8,341 nt of DNA, taken from IMG/VR virus record IMGVR_UViG_2529292921_000006; one strand, 5' to 3'. Made by a program: the position numbers and the translations under genes. Each line of letters starts with the position of its first letter. Position 1 is the stretch's first letter. The DNA is from a virus (Duplodnaviria; Heunggongvirae; Uroviricota; Caudoviricetes). Below the pieces are notes generated by a model. It was not told the DNA's origin, made no database searches, and saw only the letters and a program-made list of their open reading frames with translations. Shown here in pieces: positions 1-8,298 of the stretch.

Positions 1-818
<818 letters not shown>

Positions 819-820
<2 letters not shown>

Positions 821-824
821 GAGG
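819..824 (+). promoter_or_regulatory. Shine-Dalgarno AGGAGG for terminase large subunit
   Basis: AGGAGG lies 4 nt upstream of ATG 829. Confidence 0.6.
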
Positions 825-828
825 AATA

Positions 829-2331
829 ATGGGTTTTTCATCAGCCCGAAATTTGGGAAGGGACATATCGGCAGGATTTTCTCCACCACGTCGCATGCCG
901 ATTTCGGAGGCTGTTAAAAAATTCATGCGTGTTCCCAAGGGGGCTGGTAACTCGGTGCCATGGGATCCTGAACTGACACCCTACATCATTGAGCCCATGA
1001 ACTGCCTGGCATCGCGTGAATACGATGCGGTGATTTTTGTTGGTCCTGCGCGAACAGGGAAGACCATTGGTCTGATCGATGGATGGATTGTCTATACCAT
1101 CGTTTGCGATCCTTCGGACATGCTCGTTGTGCAGATGACCGAAGATAAGGCCCGCGAGCATTCAAAAAAGCGCCTCGACAGAACGTTCAGAAGCAGTGCG
1201 GCGGTAAAGAAAAGAATGAGTCCACGTCGTAATGACAATAATGTCCATGATAAGACGTTCAGGGATGGCTCGTTCCTTAAAATTGGTTGGCCCTCGGTCA
1301 ACATTATGTCGTCGTCGGATTACCGGTTTGTCGCCTTAACCGATTACGACCGTTTTCCGGAGAATATCGACAGCGAGGGTGATGGTTTCTCCCTGGCCTC
1401 AAAACGTACCACCACATTTATGTCCTCCGGGATGACTCTGGTGGAGAGCTCGCCGGGACGTGACATCTGCGACAGCAAATGGCGACGTAAGTCGCCTCAT
1501 GAAGCGCCACCGACGACTGGTATTCTTTCCCTTTACAATCGTGGTGACCGCCGCCGCTGGTACTGGCCATGTCCGCACTGCGGTGAATATTTTCAGCCAG
1601 CCATGGATGCCATGACCGGCTACCGTAATGAACCGGATCCCTTTAAAGCCAGTGAGGCGGCGTATCTACTTTGCCCGCACTGCAGCGGCATTATCACTGC
1701 GGAGAAAAAGCGTGAGCTCAATAGTGCAGGAGTCTGGTTGCGTGAAGGTCAGGTCATTGATTGTAACGGCAACGTTTCCGGTGAACCGCGCCGCTCCCGT
1801 ATCGCCAGTTTCTGGATGGAAGGGCCAGCTGCTGCGTATCAGACCTGGGCGCAACTGGTTTACAAATTACTGACTGCAGAACAGGAGTATGAAGCGACAG
1901 GAAGTGAAGAAACACTCAGGGCGGTTATCAACACCGACTGGGGATTACCTTATCTTCCCCGCGCCAGCATGGAGCAACGAAAAAGTGAACTGCTTGAGCA
2001 GCGGGCAGAGCCAGTTCATTCCCGCAGTGTGCCGGATGGCGTTAATTTTCTTGTGGCGACAGTGGATGTGCAGGCGGGACGTCATCGCCGTTTTGTGGTT
2101 CAGGTAACGGGCTATGGCAGCCGTGGCGAACGCTGGATTATTGATCGTTACAACATCACGCAGTCATTGCGCGGTGACAGCGACGGGGAGAGCCAGCGAA
2201 TTGATCCGGCCAGCTATCCGGAAGACTGGGATGTCCTGCTGACGGATGTTTTTCATAAAAGACTGGCCGCTGGCCTCCGATCCTTCTCAACAAATGCGAC
2301 TGATGGCAATGGCGGTGGACTCCGGCGGTGA
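829..2331 (+). CDS. Terminase large subunit (lambda gpA family), N-terminal ATPase and central portion; reading frame breaks near 2245-2262
   Basis: Strong SD upstream of ATG 829. Canonical Walker A FVGPARTGKT. Motifs WYWPCPHCGEYFQ and LLCPHCSGII match the lambda gpA CPHCGE region; FWMEGPAAAYQTWAQLV and VNFLVATVDVQAGRH...WIIDRYNI match further gpA blocks. The final ~25 residues (AAGLRSFSTNATDGNGGGLRR) look out-of-frame. Confidence 0.85.
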   Translation: MGFSSARNLGRDISAGFSPPRRMPISEAVKKFMRVPKGAGNSVPWDPELTPYIIEPMNCLASREYDAVIFVGPARTGKTIGLIDGWIVYTIVCDPSDMLVVQMTEDKAREHSKKRLDRTFRSSAAVKKRMSPRRNDNNVHDKTFRDGSFLKIGWPSVNIMSSSDYRFVALTDYDRFPENIDSEGDGFSLASKRTTTFMSSGMTLVESSPGRDICDSKWRRKSPHEAPPTTGILSLYNRGDRRRWYWPCPHCGEYFQPAMDAMTGYRNEPDPFKASEAAYLLCPHCSGIITAEKKRELNSAGVWLREGQVIDCNGNVSGEPRRSRIASFWMEGPAAAYQTWAQLVYKLLTAEQEYEATGSEETLRAVINTDWGLPYLPRASMEQRKSELLEQRAEPVHSRSVPDGVNFLVATVDVQAGRHRRFVVQVTGYGSRGERWIIDRYNITQSLRGDSDGESQRIDPASYPEDWDVLLTDVFHKRLAAGLRSFSTNATDGNGGGLRR

Positions 2332-2929
2332 AGACGGGGTCACTGATAATGCCTATAAATTCTGGCGTCGTTGCCGTCGTGATGGCCTTGGTAAACGTAT
2401 TTACCTGTTTAAGGGCGACAGCATCCGGCGCGCAAAACTGATCACCCGTACATTCCCTGATAACACCGGACGAACGGGCCGACGGGCGCAGGCCGCAGGT
2501 GATGTGCCGCTCTGGCTTCTTCAGACGGATGCCCTGAAAGACCGGGTAAATAACGCGTTATGGCGTGACTCGCCAGGTCCCGGCTATGTGCATTTCCCTG
2601 ACTGGCTGGGGAGCTGGTTTTACGACGAACTGACGTATGAAGAGCGGAGCAGTGACGGGAAATGGAGTAAGCCGGGTCGCGGTGCCAACGAAGCTTTTGA
2701 CCTGATGGTGTATGCCGAGGCTCTGGTCATTCTGCATGGATACGAAAAGATCCGCTGGCCGGATGCACCGGAGTGGGCGAGCCGGGAAACCTGGCTGGAG
2801 TGTGTCCCGGACAGTACCGAACCGTCATCCTCACCGGAACCGGTATCCACGCCTGTTAAAAAACAAAAACGGAAGAAAACAGTAACTGACGATGTTAACC
2901 CCTGGCTGACTTCCGGAGGATGGTTATGA
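2246..2929 (+). CDS. Terminase large subunit, C-terminal nuclease portion (continuation of 829-2331 in the +1 frame)
   Basis: Translation ...LASDPSQQMRLMAMAVDSGGEDGVTDNAYKF...IYLFKGDS...PGYVHFPDW...KWSKPGRGANEAFDLMVYAEAL parallels the lambda gpA C-terminus (...ICWDTGGIDPT...IPIKGAS...PGAVHFPNN...NEALDCFVYALAA). This frame opens only at 2243 (in-frame TGA 2240-2242), so it is a continuation rather than an independent gene. Confidence 0.8.
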   Translation: MFFIKDWPLASDPSQQMRLMAMAVDSGGEDGVTDNAYKFWRRCRRDGLGKRIYLFKGDSIRRAKLITRTFPDNTGRTGRRAQAAGDVPLWLLQTDALKDRVNNALWRDSPGPGYVHFPDWLGSWFYDELTYEERSSDGKWSKPGRGANEAFDLMVYAEALVILHGYEKIRWPDAPEWASRETWLECVPDSTEPSSSPEPVSTPVKKQKRKKTVTDDVNPWLTSGGWL

Positions 2930-3138
2930 ACCAGAATGATATCGAAGCCATGATTCAGCGTTATACGGAAGCTGAAATGGCGGTGCTGGACGGAAAATCC
3001 GTCACCTTTAATGGTCAGCAGATGACCATGGAAAACTTATCTGAGATCCGGCAGGGACGGCAGGAGTGGGAGCGCCGCCTTGCGGCTCTGATTACACGAC
3101 GACGGGGGCATCCCGGGTATCGGCTGGCGAGGTTCTGA
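2926..3138 (+). CDS. Head-tail joining protein, lambda gpW family
   Basis: 70 aa. The C-terminus ...LITRRRGHPGYRLARF resembles the lambda gpW C-terminus (...RRRGPAGFYV). GGAGG at 2915-2919 lies 6 nt before ATG 2926, which overlaps the terL stop (ATGA). The ORF-track start at 2920 leaves no room for an SD. Confidence 0.8.
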   Translation: MNQNDIEAMIQRYTEAEMAVLDGKSVTFNGQQMTMENLSEIRQGRQEWERRLAALITRRRGHPGYRLARF

Positions 3139-4646
3139 TGGCAATTCTTGATGATGTGATTGGCGTTTTTTCACCAGGATGGAAAGCGGCAAGGCTGCGT
3201 TCCCGTGCGGTGATCCAGGCTTATGAGGCCGTAAAAACGACGCGGACACACAAAGCCCGACGGGAGAACCGAACTGCCGACCAGTTAAGCCAGTACGGGG
3301 CCGTGTCGTTACGTGAGCAGGCCCGTTACCTTGATAACAACCACGATCTGGTTATTGGTGTATTTGACAAGCTGGAAGAACGGGTGGTGGGGAAAAACGG
3401 GATTATTGTCGAGCCACATCCGGTATTACGCAATGGGGCCATTGCCCGTGATCTGGCAGCGGAGATTCGCACCCGATGGAGTGAATGGTCTGTCAGCCCG
3501 GAAGTCACCGGGCAGTTTACCCGTCCGATGCTGGAACGTCTGATGCTGCGTACCTGGCTGCGCGATGGTGAGGTGTTTGCCCAGATGGTTTCCGGGCGCA
3601 TAAACAGCCTGACGCCTTCTGCCGGTGTTCATTTCTGGCTGGAGGCGCTCGAGCCGGACTTTATTCCCATGACCAGAGATGAGAGCAACAGGCTGAATCA
3701 GGGCGTGTTTGTTGATGACTGGGGGCGTCCCGAAAAATATCTGGTGTATAAAAGCCGTCCCGTATCCGGGCGGCAGATGGAAACCAAAGAAGTGGATGCA
3801 GAGCGAATGCTGCATCTTAAATTTGTTCGCCGTCTGCACCAGATGCGCGGGACGTCTTTGTTGTCCGGTGTGCTGATCCGCCTCAGTGCCCTGAAAGAGT
3901 ATGAAGATTCTGAGCTGACTGCAGCAAGGATCGCCGCTGCTCTGGGGATGTACATCCGGAAAGGCGACGGGCAGAGCTATGAACCGGATGGTAATGGCAG
4001 CAAGGAGAATGAACGCGAGCTTACCATTCAGCCAGGCATTATTTACGACGATCTGAAACCCGGCGAAGAAATCGGAATGGTGAAGTCGGATCGTCCCAAT
4101 CCTAACCTTGAAACTTTTCGTAATGGTCAGTTGCGTGCCGTGGCGGCGGGCAGTCGTCTGAGTTTTTCCAGTACGGCACGCAACTATGACGGCACTTACA
4201 GCGCCCAGCGTCGGGAACTGGTTGAGTCTACTGATGGCTACCTGATCCTGCAGGACTGGTTTATTGGTGCCGTCACCCGCCCGATGTATCGTGCCTGGCT
4301 GAAACAGGCTGTGGCATCCGGTGTTATCAGGCTACCCCGCGATCTTGACCGTTCTTCACTGTATACCGCGGTGTATTCCGGACCAGTGATGCCGTGGATT
4401 GACCCTGTTAAGGAGGCTGAGGCCTGGAAAATCCAGATTCGTGGTGGAGCGGCGACAGAATCAGACTGGGTACGTGCAGGTGGTCGTAATCCGGATGATG
4501 TCAAACGTCGGCGCAAGGCCGAAATTGATGAAAACCGCAAGCTGGATCTGGTATTTGATACCGATCCGGCCAGTGATAAAGGAGGCAGCAGTGCCGCAAC
4601 GAAACGACAGGAGCCACAGCACACCGACGACCAGTCCGAAGAATAA
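3138..4646 (+). CDS. Portal protein (lambda gpB family)
   Basis: 502 aa from ATG 3138, which overlaps the gpW stop (TGATG). Its size and position after terL/gpW fit a portal, and the C-terminal half (...SAQRRELVESTDGYLILQDWFIGAVTRPMYRAWLKQAV...) has a lambda-portal-like pattern. The upstream extension to 3066 in the ORF track overlaps gpW and is not adopted. Confidence 0.85.
   Translation: MAILDDVIGVFSPGWKAARLRSRAVIQAYEAVKTTRTHKARRENRTADQLSQYGAVSLREQARYLDNNHDLVIGVFDKLEERVVGKNGIIVEPHPVLRNGAIARDLAAEIRTRWSEWSVSPEVTGQFTRPMLERLMLRTWLRDGEVFAQMVSGRINSLTPSAGVHFWLEALEPDFIPMTRDESNRLNQGVFVDDWGRPEKYLVYKSRPVSGRQMETKEVDAERMLHLKFVRRLHQMRGTSLLSGVLIRLSALKEYEDSELTAARIAAALGMYIRKGDGQSYEPDGNGSKENERELTIQPGIIYDDLKPGEEIGMVKSDRPNPNLETFRNGQLRAVAAGSRLSFSSTARNYDGTYSAQRRELVESTDGYLILQDWFIGAVTRPMYRAWLKQAVASGVIRLPRDLDRSSLYTAVYSGPVMPWIDPVKEAEAWKIQIRGGAATESDWVRAGGRNPDDVKRRRKAEIDENRKLDLVFDTDPASDKGGSSAATKRQEPQHTDDQSEE
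4581..4585 (+). promoter_or_regulatory. Shine-Dalgarno GGAGG for the prohead protease (GTG start)
   Basis: AAAGGAGG followed by a 5-nt spacer and GTG 4591. Confidence 0.5.
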
Positions 4647-5286
4647 TTCCTGGTTCAGGATGCAGGCTGGTCACCAGAGTGACGCGGATATTTATATTTA
4701 TGACGAGATTGGTTTCTGGGGTGTTACAGCGAAGCAGTTTATCAGTGATCTGAATGCACTGGGCGATATCACCCACATTAATCTCCATATTAATTCACCG
4801 GGTGGCGATGTCTTTGAAGGCATCGCCATTTTTAATGCGCTGAAAACACATGGTGCGTCCATTACCGTTTATGTCGACGGTGTGGCGGCGTCAATGGCGT
4901 CGGTCATTGCGATGGTGGGAAACCCGGTCATTATGCCGGAAAACACCTTCATGATGATTCATAAACCATTTGGCTTTACGGGCGGTGATGCGGAGGACAT
5001 GCGCACCTATGCCGACCTGCTCGATAAGGTTGAGGCGGTTCTGTTACCCGCTTATGCACAGAAAACCGGGAAAACCACCGATGAAATTGCTGCCATGCTG
5101 GCGGATGAGACCTGGATGTCCGGTGCCGAATGTCTGGCACATGGATTTGCTGATCAGGTGACGCCAGCCGTTAAGGCAATGGCATGTATTCAGTCAAAAC
5201 GTACAGAGGAATTTAAAAAGATGCCGGAATCCATTCGAAACATGATTTACTCCGCCACGCAACAGTGCTCCACGCGTACAGGATGA
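4591..5286 (+). CDS. Prohead (head maturation) protease, ClpP-like serine protease (S14 family)
   Basis: ClpP-fold motifs: ...SWFRMQAGHQSDADIYIYDEIGFWG..., INSPGGDVFEGIAIFNAL, active-site-like GVAASMASVIA, and MMIHKP (His). Start chosen at GTG 4591 because of the strong SD and because it keeps the SWFR N-terminal motif; ATG 4660 is an alternative. The stop TGA 5284-5286 overlaps an ATG at 5283 (ATGA). Confidence 0.8.
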   Translation: MPQRNDRSHSTPTTSPKNNSWFRMQAGHQSDADIYIYDEIGFWGVTAKQFISDLNALGDITHINLHINSPGGDVFEGIAIFNALKTHGASITVYVDGVAASMASVIAMVGNPVIMPENTFMMIHKPFGFTGGDAEDMRTYADLLDKVEAVLLPAYAQKTGKTTDEIAAMLADETWMSGAECLAHGFADQVTPAVKAMACIQSKRTEEFKKMPESIRNMIYSATQQCSTRTG

Positions 5287-5413
5287 TGGACCTGCAGCCT
5301 CCCGGACGCCAGTGCAAGGCAGCAGCACCTGTGGTGGATGAAAACAGTATCCGTGCGCAGGTACTGGCAGAGCAAAAAAGCGCGTGTAAAACGGTATTAA
5401 TGATCTGTTTGCC

Positions 5414-6622
5414 ATGTTTGGCGGGCGTTATCAGACGCTGCAGGCTCAGTGTCTTGCCGATCCTGAATGTTCGCTGGAGCAGGCCCGCGAAAAGCTGTTG
5501 AACGAGATGGGGCGCGAGTCCACGCCATCCAATAAAAATACCCCGGCTCATATTTATGCCGGTAACGGTAATTTTGTGGGGGACGGGATCCGCCAGGCGC
5601 TGATGGCGCGTGCCGGATTTGAAAAAACCGAACGTGATAATGTCTACAACGGGATGACCCTGCGTGAATATGCCCGTATGTCACTGACTGAACGGGGTAT
5701 TGGGGTTTCCAGTTATAACCCGATGCAGATGGTCGGTGCGGCGTTCACACACAGTACGTCTGACTTCGGTAATATTCTGCTGGATGTTTCGAACAAAGCC
5801 ATTCTGCAGGGCTGGGAAGATGCCCCTGAAACCTATGAACAGTGGACGCGGAAAGGTCAGTTGTCTGATTTTAAAATTGCCCATCGTGTGGGTATGGGGG
5901 GCTTCAGTGCTCTGCGTCAGGTGCGTGAAGGGGCGGAATATAAATACGTCACCACCGGAGATAAACAGGCCACTATTGCACTGGCGACCTATGGCGAGCT
6001 GTTCAGTATCACCCGTCAGGCCATTATCAATGATGATCTGAATATGCTGACCGATGTCCCGATGAAACTGGGCCGTGCGGCGAAATCCACTATTGCCGAT
6101 CTGGTTTATGCCATTCTGACGTCTAACCCGAAAATCTCCACAGATAATGTAAGTCTGTTCGATAAAGCGAAACATGCAAACGTACTGGAGAGCGCTGCAA
6201 TGGACGTGGCATCGCTGGATAAAGCCCGCCAGTTGATGCGCGTTCAGAAAGAGGGGGAGCGTCATCTGAATATTCGTCCTGCGTTCGTACTGGTACCGAC
6301 GGCGATGGAGTCTGTTGCTAACCAGGTCATTCGCTCCTCAAGTGTCAAGGGGGCTGACATTAACGCCGGTATTATTAACCCGGTGAAAGATTTTGCGACC
6401 GTTATTGCAGAGCCTCGTCTTGATGATAACAGCCAGACCACCTTCTACCTGGCTGCGTCCAAAGGCTCCGATACGATTGAAGTGGCTTATCTCAACGGTG
6501 TGGATACGCCATATATTGATCAGATGGAGGGCTTCAGTGTGGATGGCGTGACAACGAAAGTGCGTATTGACGCCGGTGTCGCGCCAGTTGATCACCGCGG
6601 TCTGGTGAAATGTACGGCGTAA
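5414..6622 (+). CDS. Major capsid protein (probably HK97-fold with an N-terminal scaffold-like region); 5' end uncertain
   Basis: 402-aa ORF directly downstream of the portal and prohead protease and upstream of a decoration-like gene and gpFII; followed by a terminator-like hairpin. The first ATG (5414) has no recognisable SD, and the frame opens only at 5390. See the finding on a possible frameshifted 5' extension from 5283. Confidence 0.75.
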   Translation: MFGGRYQTLQAQCLADPECSLEQAREKLLNEMGRESTPSNKNTPAHIYAGNGNFVGDGIRQALMARAGFEKTERDNVYNGMTLREYARMSLTERGIGVSSYNPMQMVGAAFTHSTSDFGNILLDVSNKAILQGWEDAPETYEQWTRKGQLSDFKIAHRVGMGGFSALRQVREGAEYKYVTTGDKQATIALATYGELFSITRQAIINDDLNMLTDVPMKLGRAAKSTIADLVYAILTSNPKISTDNVSLFDKAKHANVLESAAMDVASLDKARQLMRVQKEGERHLNIRPAFVLVPTAMESVANQVIRSSSVKGADINAGIINPVKDFATVIAEPRLDDNSQTTFYLAASKGSDTIEVAYLNGVDTPYIDQMEGFSVDGVTTKVRIDAGVAPVDHRGLVKCTA

Positions 6623-6645
6623 ACGTCGCAGACAACAACTCTGAT

Positions 6646-6665
6646 GGCCCGTAAGGGCTTTTTTT
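6646..6665 (+). terminator. Weak rho-independent terminator/attenuator-like hairpin after the capsid gene
   Basis: GGCCC-GUAA-GGGCU stem-loop (4-5 bp GC stem, tetraloop) followed by a run of 7 T (6659-6665), 24 nt after the capsid stop. Confidence 0.35.
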
Positions 6666-6708
6666 GTACCTGAAATCAGCCCCTGAACGGGGCTGTGCGG
6701 AGACAGTT

Positions 6709-7032
6709 ATGGCAAAGAATTTTGTAGAAGAAGGAAAAACGGTGGCGATTGTTGCCAGTGCAGCCATCAGCAGCGGAGATCTGGTGCAGGTGGGTGATGT
6801 TTTTGCGGTGGCGCTGACCGATATTCCACAGGGTGAAACAGGCGACGGCATGACCGAAGGTGTGTTTATCCTGCCTAAGCTGAAAACGGATGACATGAAA
6901 ACGGGTAAGAAGGTTTATCTGAAGTCCGGAAAAGTTCAGCTGACTAACAGCGGCTCTGATCCGCTGGTCGGGGTTGTCTGGGCAGATGCCGGAACCAGTG
7001 CAGAAGAAGTGCCGGTAAAACTCAATGTCTGA
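6709..7032 (+). CDS. Small head protein, putative capsid decoration/cement protein (DUF2190-like); function tentative
   Basis: 108 aa from ATG 6709 with GGAG 6 nt upstream. MAKNFVEEGKTVAIVASAAISSGDLVQVGDVFAVALTDIPQGETGDG...GVFILPK... resembles, from memory, the small beta-rich proteins encoded next to capsid genes. The ORF-track start at TTG 6664 is not adopted. Confidence 0.5.
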   Translation: MAKNFVEEGKTVAIVASAAISSGDLVQVGDVFAVALTDIPQGETGDGMTEGVFILPKLKTDDMKTGKKVYLKSGKVQLTNSGSDPLVGVVWADAGTSAEEVPVKLNV

Positions 7033-7300
7033 TCCCTTTTCTCGGCTGGCAGCGCGTATGGATGCGATCACGGTCAGAAAGATGGGAAAGACAGCCTCGA
7101 TTAATGATGTCGATATGGCTGTGATCCCGGGCGAAACACTGGCAGAGCTGAATGCTCTGTCCGGACCTGCTGTCTCTCTGGTGGTGTTTTCTTTGGGATA
7201 CCGCCCACGGCGCGGGGATCGCGTTGTTTATGACGGACAACATTGGACGGTCACACGGCATGAACGCTTTAACGGTAAGCCAATGATCTTTATTGAGTAA
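7025..7300 (+). CDS. Head-tail joining / head completion protein, lambda gpFII-like
   Basis: 91 aa. N-terminus MSDPFSRLAARMDAITVRKMGKTAS parallels lambda FII (MADFDNLFDAAIARADETIRGYMGTSA) and the conserved RRGD motif is present (PRRGDRVVYDGQHW). Overlaps the preceding gene by 8 nt. Confidence 0.75.
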   Translation: MSDPFSRLAARMDAITVRKMGKTASINDVDMAVIPGETLAELNALSGPAVSLVVFSLGYRPRRGDRVVYDGQHWTVTRHERFNGKPMIFIE

Positions 7301-7311
7301 AGAGGTGTGGG

Positions 7312-7890
7312 ATGAAGGGGCTTGAGAATGCCATCCGCAATCTGAACAGCCTTGATACCCGTATGGTGCCACAGGCCAGCGCATGGGCGATAAACCGTGT
7401 GGCACAGAAAGCGGTCTCGGTTGCCACCCGGCAGGTTGCCGGGAATACCGTTGCGGGAGATAACCAGGTGAAAGGGATACCCCTGAAACTGGTACGTCAG
7501 CGTGTCCGGGTGTTTAAAGCCAGTCCGTCAGGAAAAATGACGGCCAGGATCCGCGTCAACCGGGGCAATCTGCCCGCCATTAAGCTGGGGACAGCCCGGG
7601 TCAGACTGGCCCGGCGTGGTGGAAAACTGCAGTACCGTGGCAGTGTGCTGAAGGTGGGTAAATATCTTTTCCGGGATGCGTTTATTCAGCAACTGGCGAA
7701 TGGTCGCTGGCATGTGATGCGGCGTATTGATGGCAAAAATCGTTACCCCATTGATGTGGTGAAAATCCCGTTGTCCGGACCGCTGACACAGGCATTTGAA
7801 GATGCCCGCGACCGCATCATTGCTGCGGAAATGCCGAAACAGTTGGGTTATGCACTGAAACAACAACTGAGGTTATGGCTGACCCGATGA
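7312..7890 (+). CDS. Tail completion protein, lambda gpZ family
   Basis: 192 aa, the same length as lambda gpZ. Matching blocks include MKGLENAIRNL, AWAINRVAQ, IRVNRGNLPAIKLG, NGRWHVMRRIDGKNRYPIDVVKIP and ELGYALKQQLRLWLTR. SD AGAGG lies 6 nt upstream of ATG 7312. Confidence 0.85.
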   Translation: MKGLENAIRNLNSLDTRMVPQASAWAINRVAQKAVSVATRQVAGNTVAGDNQVKGIPLKLVRQRVRVFKASPSGKMTARIRVNRGNLPAIKLGTARVRLARRGGKLQYRGSVLKVGKYLFRDAFIQQLANGRWHVMRRIDGKNRYPIDVVKIPLSGPLTQAFEDARDRIIAAEMPKQLGYALKQQLRLWLTR

Positions 7891-8288
7891 ACCGACATAC
7901 ACAAATCCGCCAGGTCGTACTGGCACGCCTTCGGGAACAGTGTGGAGACAGCGCCACGTTTTTTGACGGGCTTCCGGCATTTGTTGATGCGCAGGAACTG
8001 CCTGCCGTGTCGGTGTGGCTGAGTGATGCTCAGTACACCGGAAAAATGACGGATGAAGATGACTGGCAGGCTGTTCTGCATATTGCTGTCTTCATCCGGG
8101 CACAAGCACCGGATTCAGAGCTGGATATGTGGATGGAGAGCACCATTTTCCCGGCCCTGAATGATGTACCGGCACTTTCCGGACTCATCGACACCCTGAT
8201 CCCACTCGGTTTTAACTATCAACGTGATAATGAGATGGCCACCTGGGCGATGGCGGAAATCACGTACCAGATCACGTACACGAATTAA
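7887..8288 (+). CDS. Tail terminator protein, lambda gpU family
   Basis: MNRHTQIRQVVLARL...ATFFDG...AVSVWLSDAQYTG...PDSELDMWMES...PALSGLI...ITYQITYTN parallels lambda gpU (MKHTELRAAVLDAL...ATFFDG...AEYTG...PDSELDAWMES...TYVITYEM). ATG 7887 overlaps the gpZ stop (ATGA). The upstream ATG 7875 is in frame, but its SD spacing is only 2 nt. Confidence 0.85.
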   Translation: MNRHTQIRQVVLARLREQCGDSATFFDGLPAFVDAQELPAVSVWLSDAQYTGKMTDEDDWQAVLHIAVFIRAQAPDSELDMWMESTIFPALNDVPALSGLIDTLIPLGFNYQRDNEMATWAMAEITYQITYTN

Positions 8289-8293
8289 GGAGG
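8288..8293 (+). promoter_or_regulatory. Shine-Dalgarno AGGAGG for the major tail protein gene
   Basis: AAGGAGGTGG with a 5-nt spacer to ATG 8299. Confidence 0.6.
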
Positions 8294-8298
8294 TGGTA

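Noticed and set aside
1628-2107. Alternative-frame + strand ORFs (1628-1873 and 1889-2107) inside terL, and 4970-5161 and 5700-6041 inside the protease and capsid genes
   Set aside because: Out-of-frame overlaps with strongly supported genes; Arg/Cys-rich translations; no start signals.
2243-2262. Programmed ribosomal frameshift in the terminase large subunit
   Set aside because: The shift is in the +1 direction, there is no canonical slippery heptamer or downstream stimulatory structure, and programmed frameshifting is not known for gpA-family terminases. Mutation or sequencing error at a homopolymer is more likely.
3066-3137. Upstream extensions of ORF-track starts: portal at 3066, gpW at 2920, gpU at 7875, decoration at 6664, protease at 4399
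   Set aside because: These extensions overlap the preceding gene extensively or lack SD spacing. Starts with SD or stop-start coupling, and N-termini that align with lambda homologs, were preferred.
3426-3839. 137-aa - strand ORF inside the portal gene, and similar - strand ORFs at 615-938, 841-1161, 4238-4624, 5213-5551, 6534-7071, 7022-7405, 7528-7866 and 7848-8105
   Set aside because: All are antisense to clearly homologous phage genes, lack start signals, and have odd composition. Treated as spurious.
4688-4705. Short tandem ATATTT repeat
   Set aside because: Lies in the coding sequence and encodes the IYIYDEIG motif of the ClpP-like protease. Not an independent repeat element.
5681-6265. 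194-aa ORF on the - strand, antisense to the major capsid gene
   Set aside because: Lies entirely inside a well-supported + strand structural gene. Its translation is low-complexity and Arg/Phe/Cys-rich with no recognisable motifs and no SD. Typical antisense shadow ORF.
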